This document shows, one piece after another, positions 1-13,900 of a DNA stretch of 64,000 nucleotides; the stretch's first letter is position 1, and each line of letters begins with the position of its first letter. The notes beneath the pieces are model-generated. The model did no database searches and was not told the DNA's origin. It saw only the letters and a list, made by a program, of their open reading frames with translations. Made by a program: the position numbers and the translations under genes. The stretch comes from Tubulanus polymorphus (taxonomy: Eukaryota > Animalia > Nemertea): contig NC_134030.1 of assembly GCF_964204645.1 (NCBI RefSeq), positions 22,652,210 to 22,716,209 of the forward strand. The letters run 5' to 3'.

Positions 1-235
1 GTACTCGGGACCGTTCAATCAGGAATTCCGTACTCAACTGCTGCAGAACTGGCAGCGTGAACTCAGTCGTAGGGATATACCATTCACAGAGAATCTCAAT
101 CTTATTAATATGCTCATTGACGCGGCATCGGTAGGTGTACGCGCAGCGTCTCTTAAAACATCATCTATCTTATTTTTGATGCAAAACATCTTAAATTCAC
201 TAATCAGCATCTTAAATTAAATGCAAAACATCTTA

Positions 236-517
236 ATAAGATAAAATCCCACTATTTACAGATTAAAAGAATTTAAAAACCAGAATTTATTTATTAAAAA
301 TAAAATATTTAAAAGACACGATGTTTCGATCTCACCCTAGAGATGTGTGTCAGGTGCGTCACACCTGACGATGATCTCTAGGGTGAGATCGAAACGTCGT
401 GTCTTTTAAATATTTTATTTTGAATAAATAAATTCTGGTTTTTAAATTCTTTTAATCTGTAAATAGTGGGATTTTATCTTATTATCCGTTCACCACGTTT
501 GAGTGTGGTCATCGTCC
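236..517. mobile_element. Penelope-like retroelement remnant: inverted pseudo-LTR pair with hammerhead-like core
   Basis: About 110-bp near-perfect inverted arms (234-344 / 374-484); flanking direct repeat tgcaaaacatctta (222-235, 518-531); CTGACGA...GAAAC...GTC at 365-403. Confidence 0.65.
365..403 (+). ncRNA. Minimal type I hammerhead-like ribozyme motif
   Basis: CUGACGA-U-[GAUCUC uagggu GAGAUC]-GAAAC-gucgu-GUC: conserved core boxes, a 6-bp stem II, an extra U after A9 and a very short stem III. Confidence 0.5.
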
Positions 518-611
518 TGCAAAACATCTTATTTTCAAAGCAAAAACATGACATCTTAGATTCAAATTTCAGAAGGGCTAAAAGGTCGTAGATTATCTAT
601 TTTTTTTGTAG

Positions 612-1864
612 ATCGGAGAATGGAATTTACAAGGTTTACCGAGCGACGACCTCTCAATACAGAACGGTATAATAGTTACGAAAGCGGCTCGGTATCCACT
701 ACTGATCGATCCCCAGGGGCAGGGCAAAGCATGGATCAAAAACAGGGAGAAAAATAACGAGCTTCAGGTAAAGCAGGCTGCAGAGTCGTAGTGACTTCCC
801 ACATCTATACTGAGTTCAAACTGTAGTCGTAGTGACTCTCCGCGTCTATACTGAATTCAAAATTGTTCTTGTAAATCCCCTTTTTCAACCAGTCACCACT
901 GATGCATGGTTCCTGTTGTATAATAGTATCTATTCATCTCTTTTTGGGTAAGATCACCGATGAAATACTTGGGAATTTTGAATTCAGTATTTGGTGGTTA
1001 CCATGAAAAAAAAAGTCGAAGAAACTCCCAACATCTATCCTGACCCTAAATCAGACTTAAAGTTTTAAGCAAAGCCCATCGAGGGAGTTCTCAATCCGTC
1101 CACGAATAGACTTGTGTTAGTAGATTAGGTTTTAGAGTCAGTTATGGGTGAGATTGAACCGGACCTGTTTCAGATATTTCAGATCTATCAGGTTTTAGAG
1201 TCAGTTATGGGTGAGATCAAACCGGACCTGTTTCAGATATTTCAGGTCTATCAGGTTTTAGAGTCAGTTATGGGTGAGATTGAACCGGACCTGTTTCAGA
1301 TATTTCAGATCTATCAGGTTTTAGAGTCAGTTATGGGTGAGATTGAACCGGACCTGTTTCAGATATTTCAGATCTATCAGGTTTTAGAGTCAGTTATGGG
1401 TGAGATTGAACCGGAACCTGATTCAGATATTTCAGATCTATCAGGTTTTAGAGTCAGTTATGGGTGAGATTGAACCAGAACCTGATTCAGATATTTCAGA
1501 TATATTATTTATTTTTTCAGGTGACATCTTTGAATCATAAATATTTCCGAACTCACCTGGAAGATGCTCTGTCGCTGGGACGACCGTTACTCATAGAGGA
1601 TGTCGAGGAAGATCTCGATCCGGCCCTTGATAACGTGTTAGAGAAAAACTTCATCAAATCCGGTTCCACTTTTAAGGTAATTTTGTTGGCGATACTTTCT
1701 GATTTAATTTCATGAGGATCCTAAATTGCTTTCTTCGTATTTTCGTAAACCTGGGATCAGTTTTACAAAAACATTTGAACGGACTTATTTACTTCATTGA
1801 TTCAATTCATCTTAAATGGATTTATGAGTTGCGTATCATTTCTGTTTAACCCGGCTGATGCAGC

Positions 1865-1940
<76 letters not shown>

Positions 1941-4900
1941 ATTAAATGATTAAATGATTTATTTCTATGATGTGATTTTGTGATTTTCAGGTGAAAGTCG
2001 GTGATAAAGAATGTGACGTAATGAATAATTTCTATTTGTACGTGACGACTAAACTACCGAATCCTGCCTATACACCTGAGGTACATTTCTACTAGACAGG
2101 GAGACACAGAGAAAGTCTGGTCTAGAGGGTAGGGAAAGAGGGAGTCAGGAGAGATAGTATGGTCTGGAGGGTAGGGAAAGAGGGAGACACAGAGATAGTC
2201 TTGTCTGGAGGGTAGGGAAAGAGGGAGACAAAGAGATAGTCTGGTCTGGAGGGTAGGGAAAGAGGGAGACGCAGAAATAGTCGGGTCTGGAGGGTAGGGA
2301 AAGAGGGAGTCAGGAGAGATAGTCTGGTCTGGAGGGTAGGGAAAGAGGGAGTCAGGAGAGATAGTCTGGTCTGGAGGGCAGGGAGAGGGGGAGTCAGGAG
2401 AGATAGTCTGGCCTGGAGGGCAGGGAGAGGGGGAGTCAGGAGAGATAGTCTGGCCTGGAGGGTAGGGAGAGGGGGAGTCAGGAGAGATAGTCTGGCCTGG
2501 AGGGTAGGGAAAGGGGGAGACACAGAAATAGTCGGGTCTGGAGGGCAGGGAGAGGGGGAGTCAGGAGAGATAGTCTGGTCTGGAGGGCAGGGAAAGGGGG
2601 AGTCAGGAGAGATAGTCTGGTCTGGAGGGCAGGGAGAGGGGGAGTCAGGAGAGATAGTCTGGCCTGGAGGGCAGGGAGAGGGGGAGTCAGGAGAGATAGT
2701 CTGGTCTGGAGGGCAGGGAAAGGGGGAGTCAGGAGAGATAGTCTGGTCTGGAGGGCAGGGAGAGAGGGAGACACAGAGATAGTCTGGTCTGGAGGGCAGG
2801 GAGAGGGGGAGTCAGGAGAGATAGTCTGGCCTGGAGGGTAGGGAAAGGGGGAGACACAGAAATAGTCGGGTCTGGAGGGCTGGGAAAGGGGGAGTCAGGA
2901 GCCACTCATAGCACTGACGTCTGGTGGTTTATAACAGGAAATCAGGGAAGAAATCTTTTCTTTAAAAAGGTCGTGAATTTTGTTCATAAAATGCAAAAAA
3001 TTGGGGGAAAAAACAACGTGCATGACAAGCGATAGTTAGGGAAATGCAAGTGAAATGAAAGTATCCGTTGTCAGTCACCCGGCAGTGTTTTAAGTGTGTG
3101 ATGTTTGTATTGTAGGTGAGCGCTCGAACTTCTATCATTGATTTCACCGTAACGATGAAAGGTCTCGAGGATCAACTGCTCGGACGCGTCATCCTGACCG
3201 AGAAACAGGAATTAGAAGCCGAACGCACGAAACTGATGGAAGACGTCACGGCGAATAAGAGAAAGATGCAGGAATTAGAGGATAATCTATTGTATAAACT
3301 AACCAGTACCAAGGTATGTTCACCCACCCCCTTAAAATACCTCTCAATGACTCCACGCCTGACTAAGAGATGTCACTACTCTTTTATAGACCTCAATTAC
3401 TACAGAAATTATCAGTCATCACAAGATCAGAATAATTTCTAGTTATTACAATATTTTTCACAACTCAATAGATGGCTAAAACTACTCCATAATGGAAATA
3501 CATTGTACCAGATCCTCCGGGTCTTTTCAGCTTCGAAGACCTTCATATTTTGAGTACCTCGAAAGGTCTAGGCCTAATTTACATCAAAGGGATGATTTTG
3601 TTCACAAAGAAATCTGAAAAAGAGTATTTTCAGAAAATAAGGATAGCTTTTTGTCAAAAATTCTTGGAACGTACTATTTTTCCCGATTACACTTATGTGG
3701 CCCTATAGAAATTGCTCGGACCTTCCACGTGTTACCCCTAGAGCCTCACTAACAGGTATTTAGAAGAATTATTGTACGGATGTTTTAGGGGTCGTTAGTT
3801 GAAGATGAATCGTTGATATCAGTGTTAGCGATCACTAAAGAGACAGCAGCCGAGGTCAGCGAGAAACTGGCGGTCGCCGCTGACACCGAGATTAAAATCA
3901 ACGAGGCCAGAGAGGAATTCAGACCAGGTACGTAAATTATCCTAAATATCTAGACTTCGTATCACGTACCTTCAAAATGTTCCCTACTAGGGAAAATCTC
4001 AGAAACTCCATCACAGAAACACTCCTGTGAATATCTGTAAGTCTCGTATTCGTGAAAGACCCCTCGACTCTGTGCTCCACCGCAGAAACTTCATCATAAA
4101 ACAATAATTCTTTCGAAAACTAGCGGCTTTTCATACCAGGCATTGATGAAAAACTCCCTGAAGTATAAAATCCCCACTCTACAAATTAAAAAAAAGGTCA
4201 CAAATGTTTCCTTGCAGGAGGAATGCTATAGTTTTATCGAATGTTTATGCTATAGTTTCATCTTTAATGTGGGATTTTGTATTACTTTCCTACATTTTTC
4301 TGTTTAACTGATGTAATTGTTGTTGTATATTTCAGTGGCGACGCGAGGCAGTATTCTATATTTAACTGATGTAATTGTTGTTGTATATTTCAGTGGCGAC
4401 GCGAGGCAGTATTCTATATTTAACTGATGTAATTGTTGTTGTATATTTCAGTGGCGACGCGAGGCAGCATTCTATATTTAACTGATGTAATTGTTGTTGT
4501 ATATTTCAGTGGCGACGCGAGGCAGTATTCTATATTTAACTGATGTAATTGTTGTTGTATATTTCAGTGGCGACGCGAGGCAGTATTCTATATTTAACTG
4601 ATGTAATTGTTGTTGTATATTTCAGTGGCGACGCGAGGCAGTATTCTATATTTAACTGATGTAATTGTTGTTGTATATTTCAGTGGCGACGCGAGGCAGT
4701 ATTCTATATTTAACTGATGTAATTGTTGTTGTATATTTCAGTGGCGACGCGAGGCAGTATTCTATATTTAACTGATGTAATTGTTGTTGTATATTTCAGT
4801 GGCGACGCGAGGCAGTATTCTATATTTAACTGATGTAATTGTTGTTGTATATTTCAGTGGCGACGCGAGGCAGTATTCTATATTTAACTGATGTAATTGT

Positions 4901-7900
4901 TGTTGTATATTTCAGTGGCGACGCGAGGCAGTATTCTATATTTAACTGATGTAATTGTTGTTGTATATTTCAGTGGCGACGCGAGGCAGTATTCTATATT
5001 TAACTGATGTAATTGTTGTTGTATATTTCAGTGGCGACGCGAGGCAGTATTCTATATTTAACTGATGTAATTGTTGTTGTATATTTCAGTGGCGACGCGA
5101 GGCAGCATTCTATATTTAACTGATGTAATTGTTGTTGTATATTTCAGTGGCGACGCGAGGCAGTATTCTATATTTAACTGATGTAATTGTTGTTGTATAT
5201 TTCAGCGGCGACGCGAGGCAGTATTCTATATTTAACTGATGTAATTGTTGTTGTATATTTCAGTGGCGACGCGAGGCAGTATTCTATATTTAACTGATGT
5301 AATTGTTGTTGTATATTTCAGTGGCGACGCGAGGCAGTATTCTATATTTAACTGATGTAATTGTTGTTGTATATTTCAGTGGCGACGCGAGGCAGTATTC
5401 TATATTTAACTGATGTAATTGTTGTTGTATATTTCAGTGGCGACGCGAGGCAGTATTCTATATTTAACTGATGTAATTGTTGTTGTATATTTCAGTGGCG
5501 ACGCGAGGCAGCATTCTATATTTAACTGATGTAATTGTTGTTGTATATTTCAGTGGCGACGCGAGGCAGTATTCTATATTTAACTGATGTAATTGTTGTT
5601 GTATATTTCAGCGGCGACGCGAGGCAGTATTCTATATTTAACTGATGTAATTGTTGTTGTATATTTCAGTGGCGACGCGAGGCAGTATTCTATATTTAAC
5701 TGATGTAATTGTTGTTGTATATTTCAGTGGCGACGCGAGGCAGTATTTTATGTTTAACTGATGTAATTGTTGTTGTATATTTCAGTGGCGACGCGAGGCA
5801 GTATTCTTTATTTAACTGATGTAATTGTTGTTGTATATTTCAGTGGCGACGCGAGGCAGTATTCTTTATTTAACTGATGTAATTGTTGTTGTATATTTCA
5901 GTGGCGACGCGAGGCAGTATTCTTTATTTAACTGATGTAATTGTTGTTGTATATTTCAGTGGCGACGCGAGGCAGTATTCTTTATTTAACTGATGTAATT
6001 GTTGTTGTATATTTCAGTGGCGACGCGAGGCAGTATTCTATATTTAACTGATGTAATTGTTGTTGTATATTTCAGTGGCGACGCGAGGCAGTATTTTATG
6101 TTTAACTGATGTAATTGTTGTTGTATATTTCAGTGGCGACGCGAGGCAGTATTCTATATTTAACTGATGTAATTGTTGTTGTATATTTCAGTGGCGACGC
6201 GAGGCAGTATTCTTTATTTAACTGATGTAATTGTTGTTGTATATTTCAGTGGCGACGCGAGGCAGTATTCTTTATTTAACTGATGTAATTGTTGTTGTAT
6301 ATTTCAGTGGCGACGCGAGGCAGTATTTTATATTTCCTGATCACTGAAATGAGTATGGTCAACACGATGTATCAAACATCATTGAAACAATTCCTCGGCG
6401 TTTTCGACATCTCGATGGCCCGGTACGACCCATTCAAATAATTCGCATCCGATACTTAATCGGGGTGGGTGGCCACTGACCTGCAAAACCTGGAATACTC
6501 GCGGACCGGTTTTATAGACTGGTATTACCTTAAACCCTGCGGTCGGTTGCATAGCCATGGCTTAGACTTAAGACCAGTCTAAGACCAACTTAGTTCTATA
6601 GCCAATCTAACTACTTAAGACCAGTCATAAGATTTAAGACTTCTGTCGGACTTAAGTCACGACTGTGCAACTGGCCCCTCGGGCTAACTCAATCGATAAT
6701 GAATTGAGTTAGCCCCTGTTACTACCAGTCTTTAAAACCGGGACCAGGACTTCAGAAAAATCTAGACAGAATGTGGAATGTTACACAAATTTTTTTTTGA
6801 AACCAAAAACTTGGAAACTCAGCAACTCGGATAAGTGGCTACCCTGCTCGATAAAACAATTCTTACGTTTTTGATCGCGGGATCATCGCGCAACTAAACG
6901 AACGTATTTTACTAATTCGTGCGAATGATTATGATTTTTGTCTCGTTCACAGGTCTGAGAAGTCACCGGTGACGTCGAAACGAATCGTGAATATAATCGA
7001 TTATCTAACGTACGAAGTGTTCTGTTATACGTGTCGTGGTTTATACGAGTCTCACAAGTTTCTCTTCACGTTGCTACTCTCGCTGAAAATAGACATACAA
7101 AAAGAGATCGTCAAACACAGCGAGTTCCAGGTTCTTATCAAAGGTAATTGTCTTATCTGTACTAGTCGTGAATATCGGCAAAGAGCAACAGGGGTATTTA
7201 GATTGATGTGAAAATTTCGTCGAAAAAGATTGCGAACAAATGTGAGAAAAATCATGAAAATGTGTGCGAAATGTCAGACGAAATATCGAGATCCTCTTTT
7301 TATGCTATATACAGACCAGCGAGCTCAGAATTGGTGCACGAGTTGTTTTAAGAAATTTAATTCTTATATGTCATTCTGTTAAGAAAAAAAATGTGAAAAA
7401 TCATGGCATTTTTTTGTGTAAAAAGAAAATGTAAAAATTCCAGTGAGTTTATCGATCTGAACTCTGAATTGATTCAGCGATAACTCTTGAGCCCCCCTGA
7501 AATGCTCTTCAGATGAAATTGATATCAATGTATTCGTCTGATAATAGGTGGAGCCGCGCTGGATTTGAACGCGGTTACTCCGAAACCGTGTAAATGGATT
7601 TCCGATATGACCTGGTTGAATCTGGTCGAATTGAGCAAATTACCGCAGTTTCACGATATCCTTAATCAGGTCAGTCATTGCATTTATACTGATCAGGTCA
7701 ATGGGTACTGTCGTCTTCATTTTGAGTCTCAATTTGTATTTCTAATTCTATTTACTAAGTTTAAGTTATCATTTGGATAAGTCGTCACATTACTGAAGTC
7801 ATCTCTATTTTTGAGTCTCATTTTGTATTTATATTTCTATTTACTAAGTTTAACTCATCATTTGGATAAGTTGTTGACATAATGATTTTCACAACTACAG

Positions 7901-10900
7901 CGGCGTCTAGTTCATCTGTACGATCTGTATCTGGTGTTTGTAGATTCCGCGCAATGAGAAAGGATGGAAAGCTTGGTTCGACGCCGAAGCTCCCGAAGAG
8001 GAACAAATACCCGATGGTTATCAGACGTCATTGGATACGTTCAGAAAACTGTTACTCATCAGGTTCGTCTTATCGTCGCGCTCAATCACCGGTCATCGGC
8101 TATTTCTGATATAAAAACTTTCCTACTGGTCAGTTGAGTTGAAAACATTGAACGAATTTAAAACTATAGAACCTAAAGTCATGTGGAACTGGCTACAGAA
8201 TCCACTGATTTGGCTTTTAAGATTTGACTGTTAAAGTTGAAACATAGAAAATGAACTGAAGTAAAACACAACCGCTTGAAACAGTGGAATTGGATCCTGA
8301 AATCCTGGGTCCAGTTCCACAGTTTTGAGTTAAGACTTAACTCTGAGTTAACTAATTGGAAATGAACTAACTTTAACTCAGAGTTATCTCTAACTCACGA
8401 CTGTCGAACCGGGTCCTGAACGCTATGTGTGAATATTTCTAGAGCGTGGTGTCCAGATCGGACTATAGCTCAAGCGAGAAAGTACGTGGCCGATTCGCAG
8501 GGAAAACGATTCAGCGATCCGGTGATATTGAATCTCGAAGCCACGTGGGCCGAGGGCGACCCGCAAACGCCGCTTATCTGTTTCTTATCGATGGGTTCAG
8601 ATCCGACCAATCAAATTGAAGGATTGTCGAAAAAACTCCACGTCGGTATGTTTGAATAAAACAACAATACATGTGTATTCTGATGACATGTGCATGTGTA
8701 TTCTGGGTACATGTACATGTGTATTCCGATGACACATGTACATGTGTATTCTGGTGACATGTGCATGTGTATTCCGATGACACATGTACATGTGTATTCT
8801 GATGACATGTACATGTGTATTCTGGTGACATGTGCATGTGTATTCCGATGACACATGTACATGTGTATTCTGGTGACACATGTACATGTGTATTCTGGTG
8901 ACATGTACATGTGTATTCTGATGACATGTACATGTGTATTCTGGTGACGTGTATTTTATTTATAGAATGTAGGTCGATATCGATGGGTCAAGGCCAGGAG
9001 GTTCATGCGCGTAAACTTGTCAGTCAATTTATGGCTGGGGTGAGTGCGAGTGTCAGTTCAATCTCTTTTATTTCCTTTAAGTCTCTGTATGAACGATTAG
9101 TAAGAGATCGTTGTTACTGATTCTAGGGAGGCTGGTGTCTGCTGCAGAATTGTCATCTCGGTTTAGATTTTATGGATGAATTGCTGGAGACAGTGACGAC
9201 TACTGAAGGCATGCACGAAGGATTTAGAGTTTGGATCACTACTGAAGTTCATCCTCATTTCCCTATCAGTTTACTACAGGTAAACAAAGCACGACGGAGT
9301 TAAACATTGATCCTAACTGTTCCACAGTTCCACAGTTCACATTTGAATCCATGGTTGAAATAGTAATAATTATGATAGCATTAATAATGAGGCTTATATA
9401 ACGCTAAATCCAGTGGAAGCTGCTCTCTGCATTTTACTGTGTCCTTTAATAAGAAACATTTCTTCGTGGGGGGTCCCCATTCATTATTATGTACATATTG
9501 GTGGATGGGGAGGGGTCGGTGCAATTAATTGTGTACTGTAATGTTTAGTGCATATGAAAAACAGGCCGATTTTGCGTACAAGGGGGGAGGGGGGTGGGTT
9601 GAAAAATTAAAATTTCAAATGTAAGTAATAAATGAATGATCCTATATTGGAAGCATGTCGAACTGGATCGAGGATTGTCGAACTGGATCGAGGATTGTCG
9701 AACTGGATCGAGGATTGTCGAACCGGTTTCTGGCATTCTCGTGCGAAAATTTACTCTTCGTTTTTTTTTTTTTTTTTTTTCATTTCTAAACTTCACCGTT
9801 TAAGATACCGCTTATTGAATCTATCGGTTCTTGCCATGATTTTCTCTATAGAGTTCTATAAAGTTCACGAATGAACCGCCTCAGGGAATAAAGGCCGGTT
9901 TAAAACGAACCTACGCCGGTATAACGCAAGACTTCCTCGACATCAGCAACATGAACCAGTGGAGGCCGATACTGTACGGTGTCTCATTCTTACATACCGT
10001 CGTGCAGGTAGATATATTATACGGTGTCTCATTAGTGCGTGTTTAATCTCTAATAACAGTTCGATCGACGTAAATGCGTTTGCGATTTCAGGAACGTAGA
10101 AAGTTTGGTCCGTTAGGTTGGAATATACCGTACGAGTTTAACTCGGCTGATTGGACGGCCAGCGTTCAGTTCGTACAAAATCATCTCGACGATGTCGACC
10201 CGAAGAAGGTCAGTTCTAGCCGGTTTCAGGCTGATTTCATTAGAAAAACATGTAAAATTCATTTATTTATTTCTGAAGTAATTGTACCGCTAGAAAACTA
10301 CTGGCTTCGTCATTGTATCGTAATGTAAATGTAGTCCTCAATTCGCTGAAGTGACCGAAAATATTAATCGTAACAAATATTCAAATTTAATCAAATCTTG
10401 TTCTCCATAAGAAGTTTTCGTCGAACAAAAAATACTTAACAAATGACTTTAGAAAAAAAAATGGAGGGTGTCGTTATTTACTGGATTCATCGGGTGCGCA
10501 TTAAGAATTCTAGTTAAATTCATGTTTGTCGCAACTTCAATTTTCGACAAGGATAAATAAGAGTTAGGGTGAAATACAATGATGTTGATGATGCTGATGC
10601 TGAGGATGATGATGTTGATGATGATGATGATGATGCTGAGGATGATGTTGATGATGCTGATGCTGAGGATGATGATGTTGATGATGCTGATGCTGAGGAT
10701 GATGATGTTGATGATGATGATGATACAGATGATGATGATAATGATACAGATGATGATGATGATGCTGATGATGTTTTGGTTATGATTATTTGTAGGGCGT
10801 GTCGTGGAATACAGTGAGGTATATGTTAGGTGAAGTTCAGTACGGAGGACGTGTAACCGATGACTACGACAAACGTCTGTTGAATACGTTCGCTAAGGTT

Positions 10901-13900
10901 CGTATCCCCCTATTGCGCGTGATTTTAACTGATTGTGAAAAATGGATGTCCACGTGAAAATTCCGCGTATCCAAGAAACATCTTAATCAAAATGTTTGTA
11001 TAATACAGGGTTCCCACAGAGCAGGGAAATTGGGAAAAACTAGGGAATTTGGAAATGATAATTCCCGGTTTGGAAATATTTGGGAATTTGAGAAATTTTC
11101 GTCAAATCAGGGAAATATTTGGGAAATTCATTACATTTCACATATTGCATTTGCCGAGGGCAACTTTCTTCAGCGATTTCCCTTGAAAATCACCTTAATC
11201 ATCAGCCAGTCACCACTAAAATGTCTGTTCATTTCCATTTGGGAAAATAGAAAAATCACCCATGAAATTGGAAATTTTGAATTCATATAACTGTGGGAAC
11301 CATGATAATAATGCCTTAGTTTTTCTTTGGTCAGCTCGGGTATATGGGATTTTGTCGTAATTACAGGCGTATGCCACTATTTCGTTCAGTAATTCCTATA
11401 TAGACATAAAAATCTGATTTGTATATTCTGAGATGAGAATTCAGTATTAACTGTGTTATCTATAGGTGTGGTTCGGAGAGCACATGTTCACCGATGCCTT
11501 CCAGTTTTATATCGGGTATAAAATACCGAAGTTCAGAGCGATCGATCAGTACATGGCGTTCATACAGGAATTACCGCTGGTTGATTCACCGGAAGCGTTC
11601 GGTTTACATCCCAACGCCGATATCACGTGAGCTACTTTCAATATCTGTGACATTTTAAAGAATGTTGCGTTATGGAATCTACCCCGGGTCCATAGCCGTG
11701 ACATAAGTCCAAAACTGGTCTTGATGATTCTAGGACAATTGCCCCCCCCCCCCGAATAAAATCCGTTTTGATTTTTTGATTTGGATTAACACCACCTAAA
11801 TACTTTTACTAAGAAATTCATTTGTATATTGTTGAGTATAGATTTATAAGATATAGAATTACTGATGTTGCGTGCAGATCAAAAACTTAAAATCAGTCCT
11901 TGAGTAATCATAATTCACTTACCAAATTAAAGGAACCTTAATTAGTCCATTTATTAATGTATTAATTAACTTTGGCTAATTTATTGGAATTAGTTTTAGT
12001 GTTACTTAAGCCAAATAAAAGTCTTTAAATCAGTGCTAGAGTAATTAAATGATTAATTAGAAGTTAATATCTCTGTTACTTTAAAAAGATTTGATTTGGG
12101 GGGCAATTGTCCGGGGGGCAATTGTCCCGATAGCGTCTTAAATCATAAGACAACCCATCCCCCATTATAGAACTTGAAAGATGGAACCCAAAAAGTTTCC
12201 TTCAAGCTACTGGTAATGTTTTAGTGATTTGTGCATCATTTCGTCCACTATTCATGGATAGGCGGTTTTCGGACTTCAACTTTCTGGTTAAACTGTGGGG
12301 ATTATGTATATATCGTCACAGCATGCGCTCTCGGGAGTGTTATTTCAATAGACCACCCTTAACTTGTGGGTAGGTCGATAGAAGTGAGATAGTTTTAGAC
12401 TGGGGTCAGTTTGGCTAGGTTTCTACAACTCTAAAATCAATTCTAATTTCGTCATGAATTCAGTTTATGTTAAAGATCGATTCAGTAATGACTAGAATTG
12501 TTGGATTTGTTTGAGGTTTGTAAATGTTTAGTGTTCGTAGCGTTGTTTGTTTGTTTCGTAATCAGGTATCAAAGTAACACGGCTAAAGAGATATTGGATA
12601 CAATAATCAGTATACAACCTAAAGACAGCGGTGGTGGCGGAGGTGAGACGAGAGAAACTGTCGTCTATCGATTAGCTGATGATATGTTATCTAAATTACC
12701 TCCAGACTACATCCCGTACCAGGTAAATGAATATTACTGATATCAACCAGCACTGAGTTGCACGGATCCATAGTTCTGCATCCGATTGCAGTTCTGGATT
12801 CAGTTCAACAGTTCAGGACCTAGTTCCACAGTTCAGTATCAAATACCGGTACCAGTTTTGGACTTAGTTCCACAGCACTGCCGATCCAGTTCCCCAGGTC
12901 TGTACTCGGTTCCACAGTTTTTGCATCGAATTCCACGAATTAAAATTTGCATTTAGGCCGTTAAAACATCGGAATAGATTTAATTGTATCTCTATATACT
13001 GTGAAACTGCGTCCTTCACCGGTGCTAGTCGGGTGAGAAATACTGAATAAGAGAACTAAGCAACTTACAAACAAAGGTGTTGATTTATTATGACTATATC
13101 GACCTCTTCAAGACTTCTTTCACCGACTGAAACTATAAACTTTTATTTGTCGAAAATGATAAGGAAGTAAAACTTACTCGACTGGATGTATCGCTAAGAT
13201 CGGTGTTGTATGTGATTTCAGGTGAAGGAGCGTTTGATTAAAATGGGAATTCTTCAACCGTTGAATATTTTCCTGCGTCAAGAAGTCGACCGAATGCAGA
13301 AAGTGATTTCCGTCGTTCGTACGACTTTAACCGATCTGAAACTGGCGATCGAGGGAACGATCATTATGAGTGAGGTAGGGGAGTGAGTACTCGCTGTAGG
13401 GATACCACTCGAATAATGGTACTCCTTCGATGGTTCACTTTTTTGTCAGCGGAAAAATGAAATCTATTCAAGTTCTAATGTCCCCTAATTCAATGCAGAT
13501 ATCATGGCAAGACATGTCTCACATCATGGCTACCCGCCCTATCCAAATTTGGCTCCATTTCACAGGTAGCCTCTAATCAGTCGCCATAAAAACAGTCATG
13601 AAATGAACTACAGAATAATGTTTTAACATTCAATGAATTTTGTTTATTAATTCACACAAATTACACGATGTGGAATCAGTTTATCCGCTATGGAATCAAT
13701 AATTTAACCACAGTGGAATCAGATATTCCCGGCCTGTTCATTGGCTTTACGCCACCATTCGTCGTAAGCCGTCTTCTTTCGACGGCTAAGAGCGAGTTCT
13801 TCAGCTGAATCATCAGCTGCAGCAGCAGTTTCAGCGTTCACCATCGACCACAAACTGATCACTAACAACATGATCGGAAGTAAACTTCTCAACATTTTCA

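Noticed and set aside
1144-1467. 107-aa repeat-protein ORF
   Set aside because: Translation of a 63-bp intronic minisatellite; no independent gene signals.
2122-2774. Pro/Leu-rich minus-strand ORFs
   Set aside because: By-product of the 42-bp minisatellite.
4303-6335. CRISPR-like array
   Set aside because: No unique spacers, contiguous units, eukaryotic intron context and no cas genes; the unit derives from the host splice junction.
8574-8933. Cys/His-rich ORFs resembling metallothionein
   Set aside because: Translations of the catgtgtattc minisatellite.
10569-10817. Poly-Asp and poly-Met ORFs (acidic biomineral-type protein)
   Set aside because: A GAT microsatellite inside a dynein intron; the flanking exons join in frame without it.
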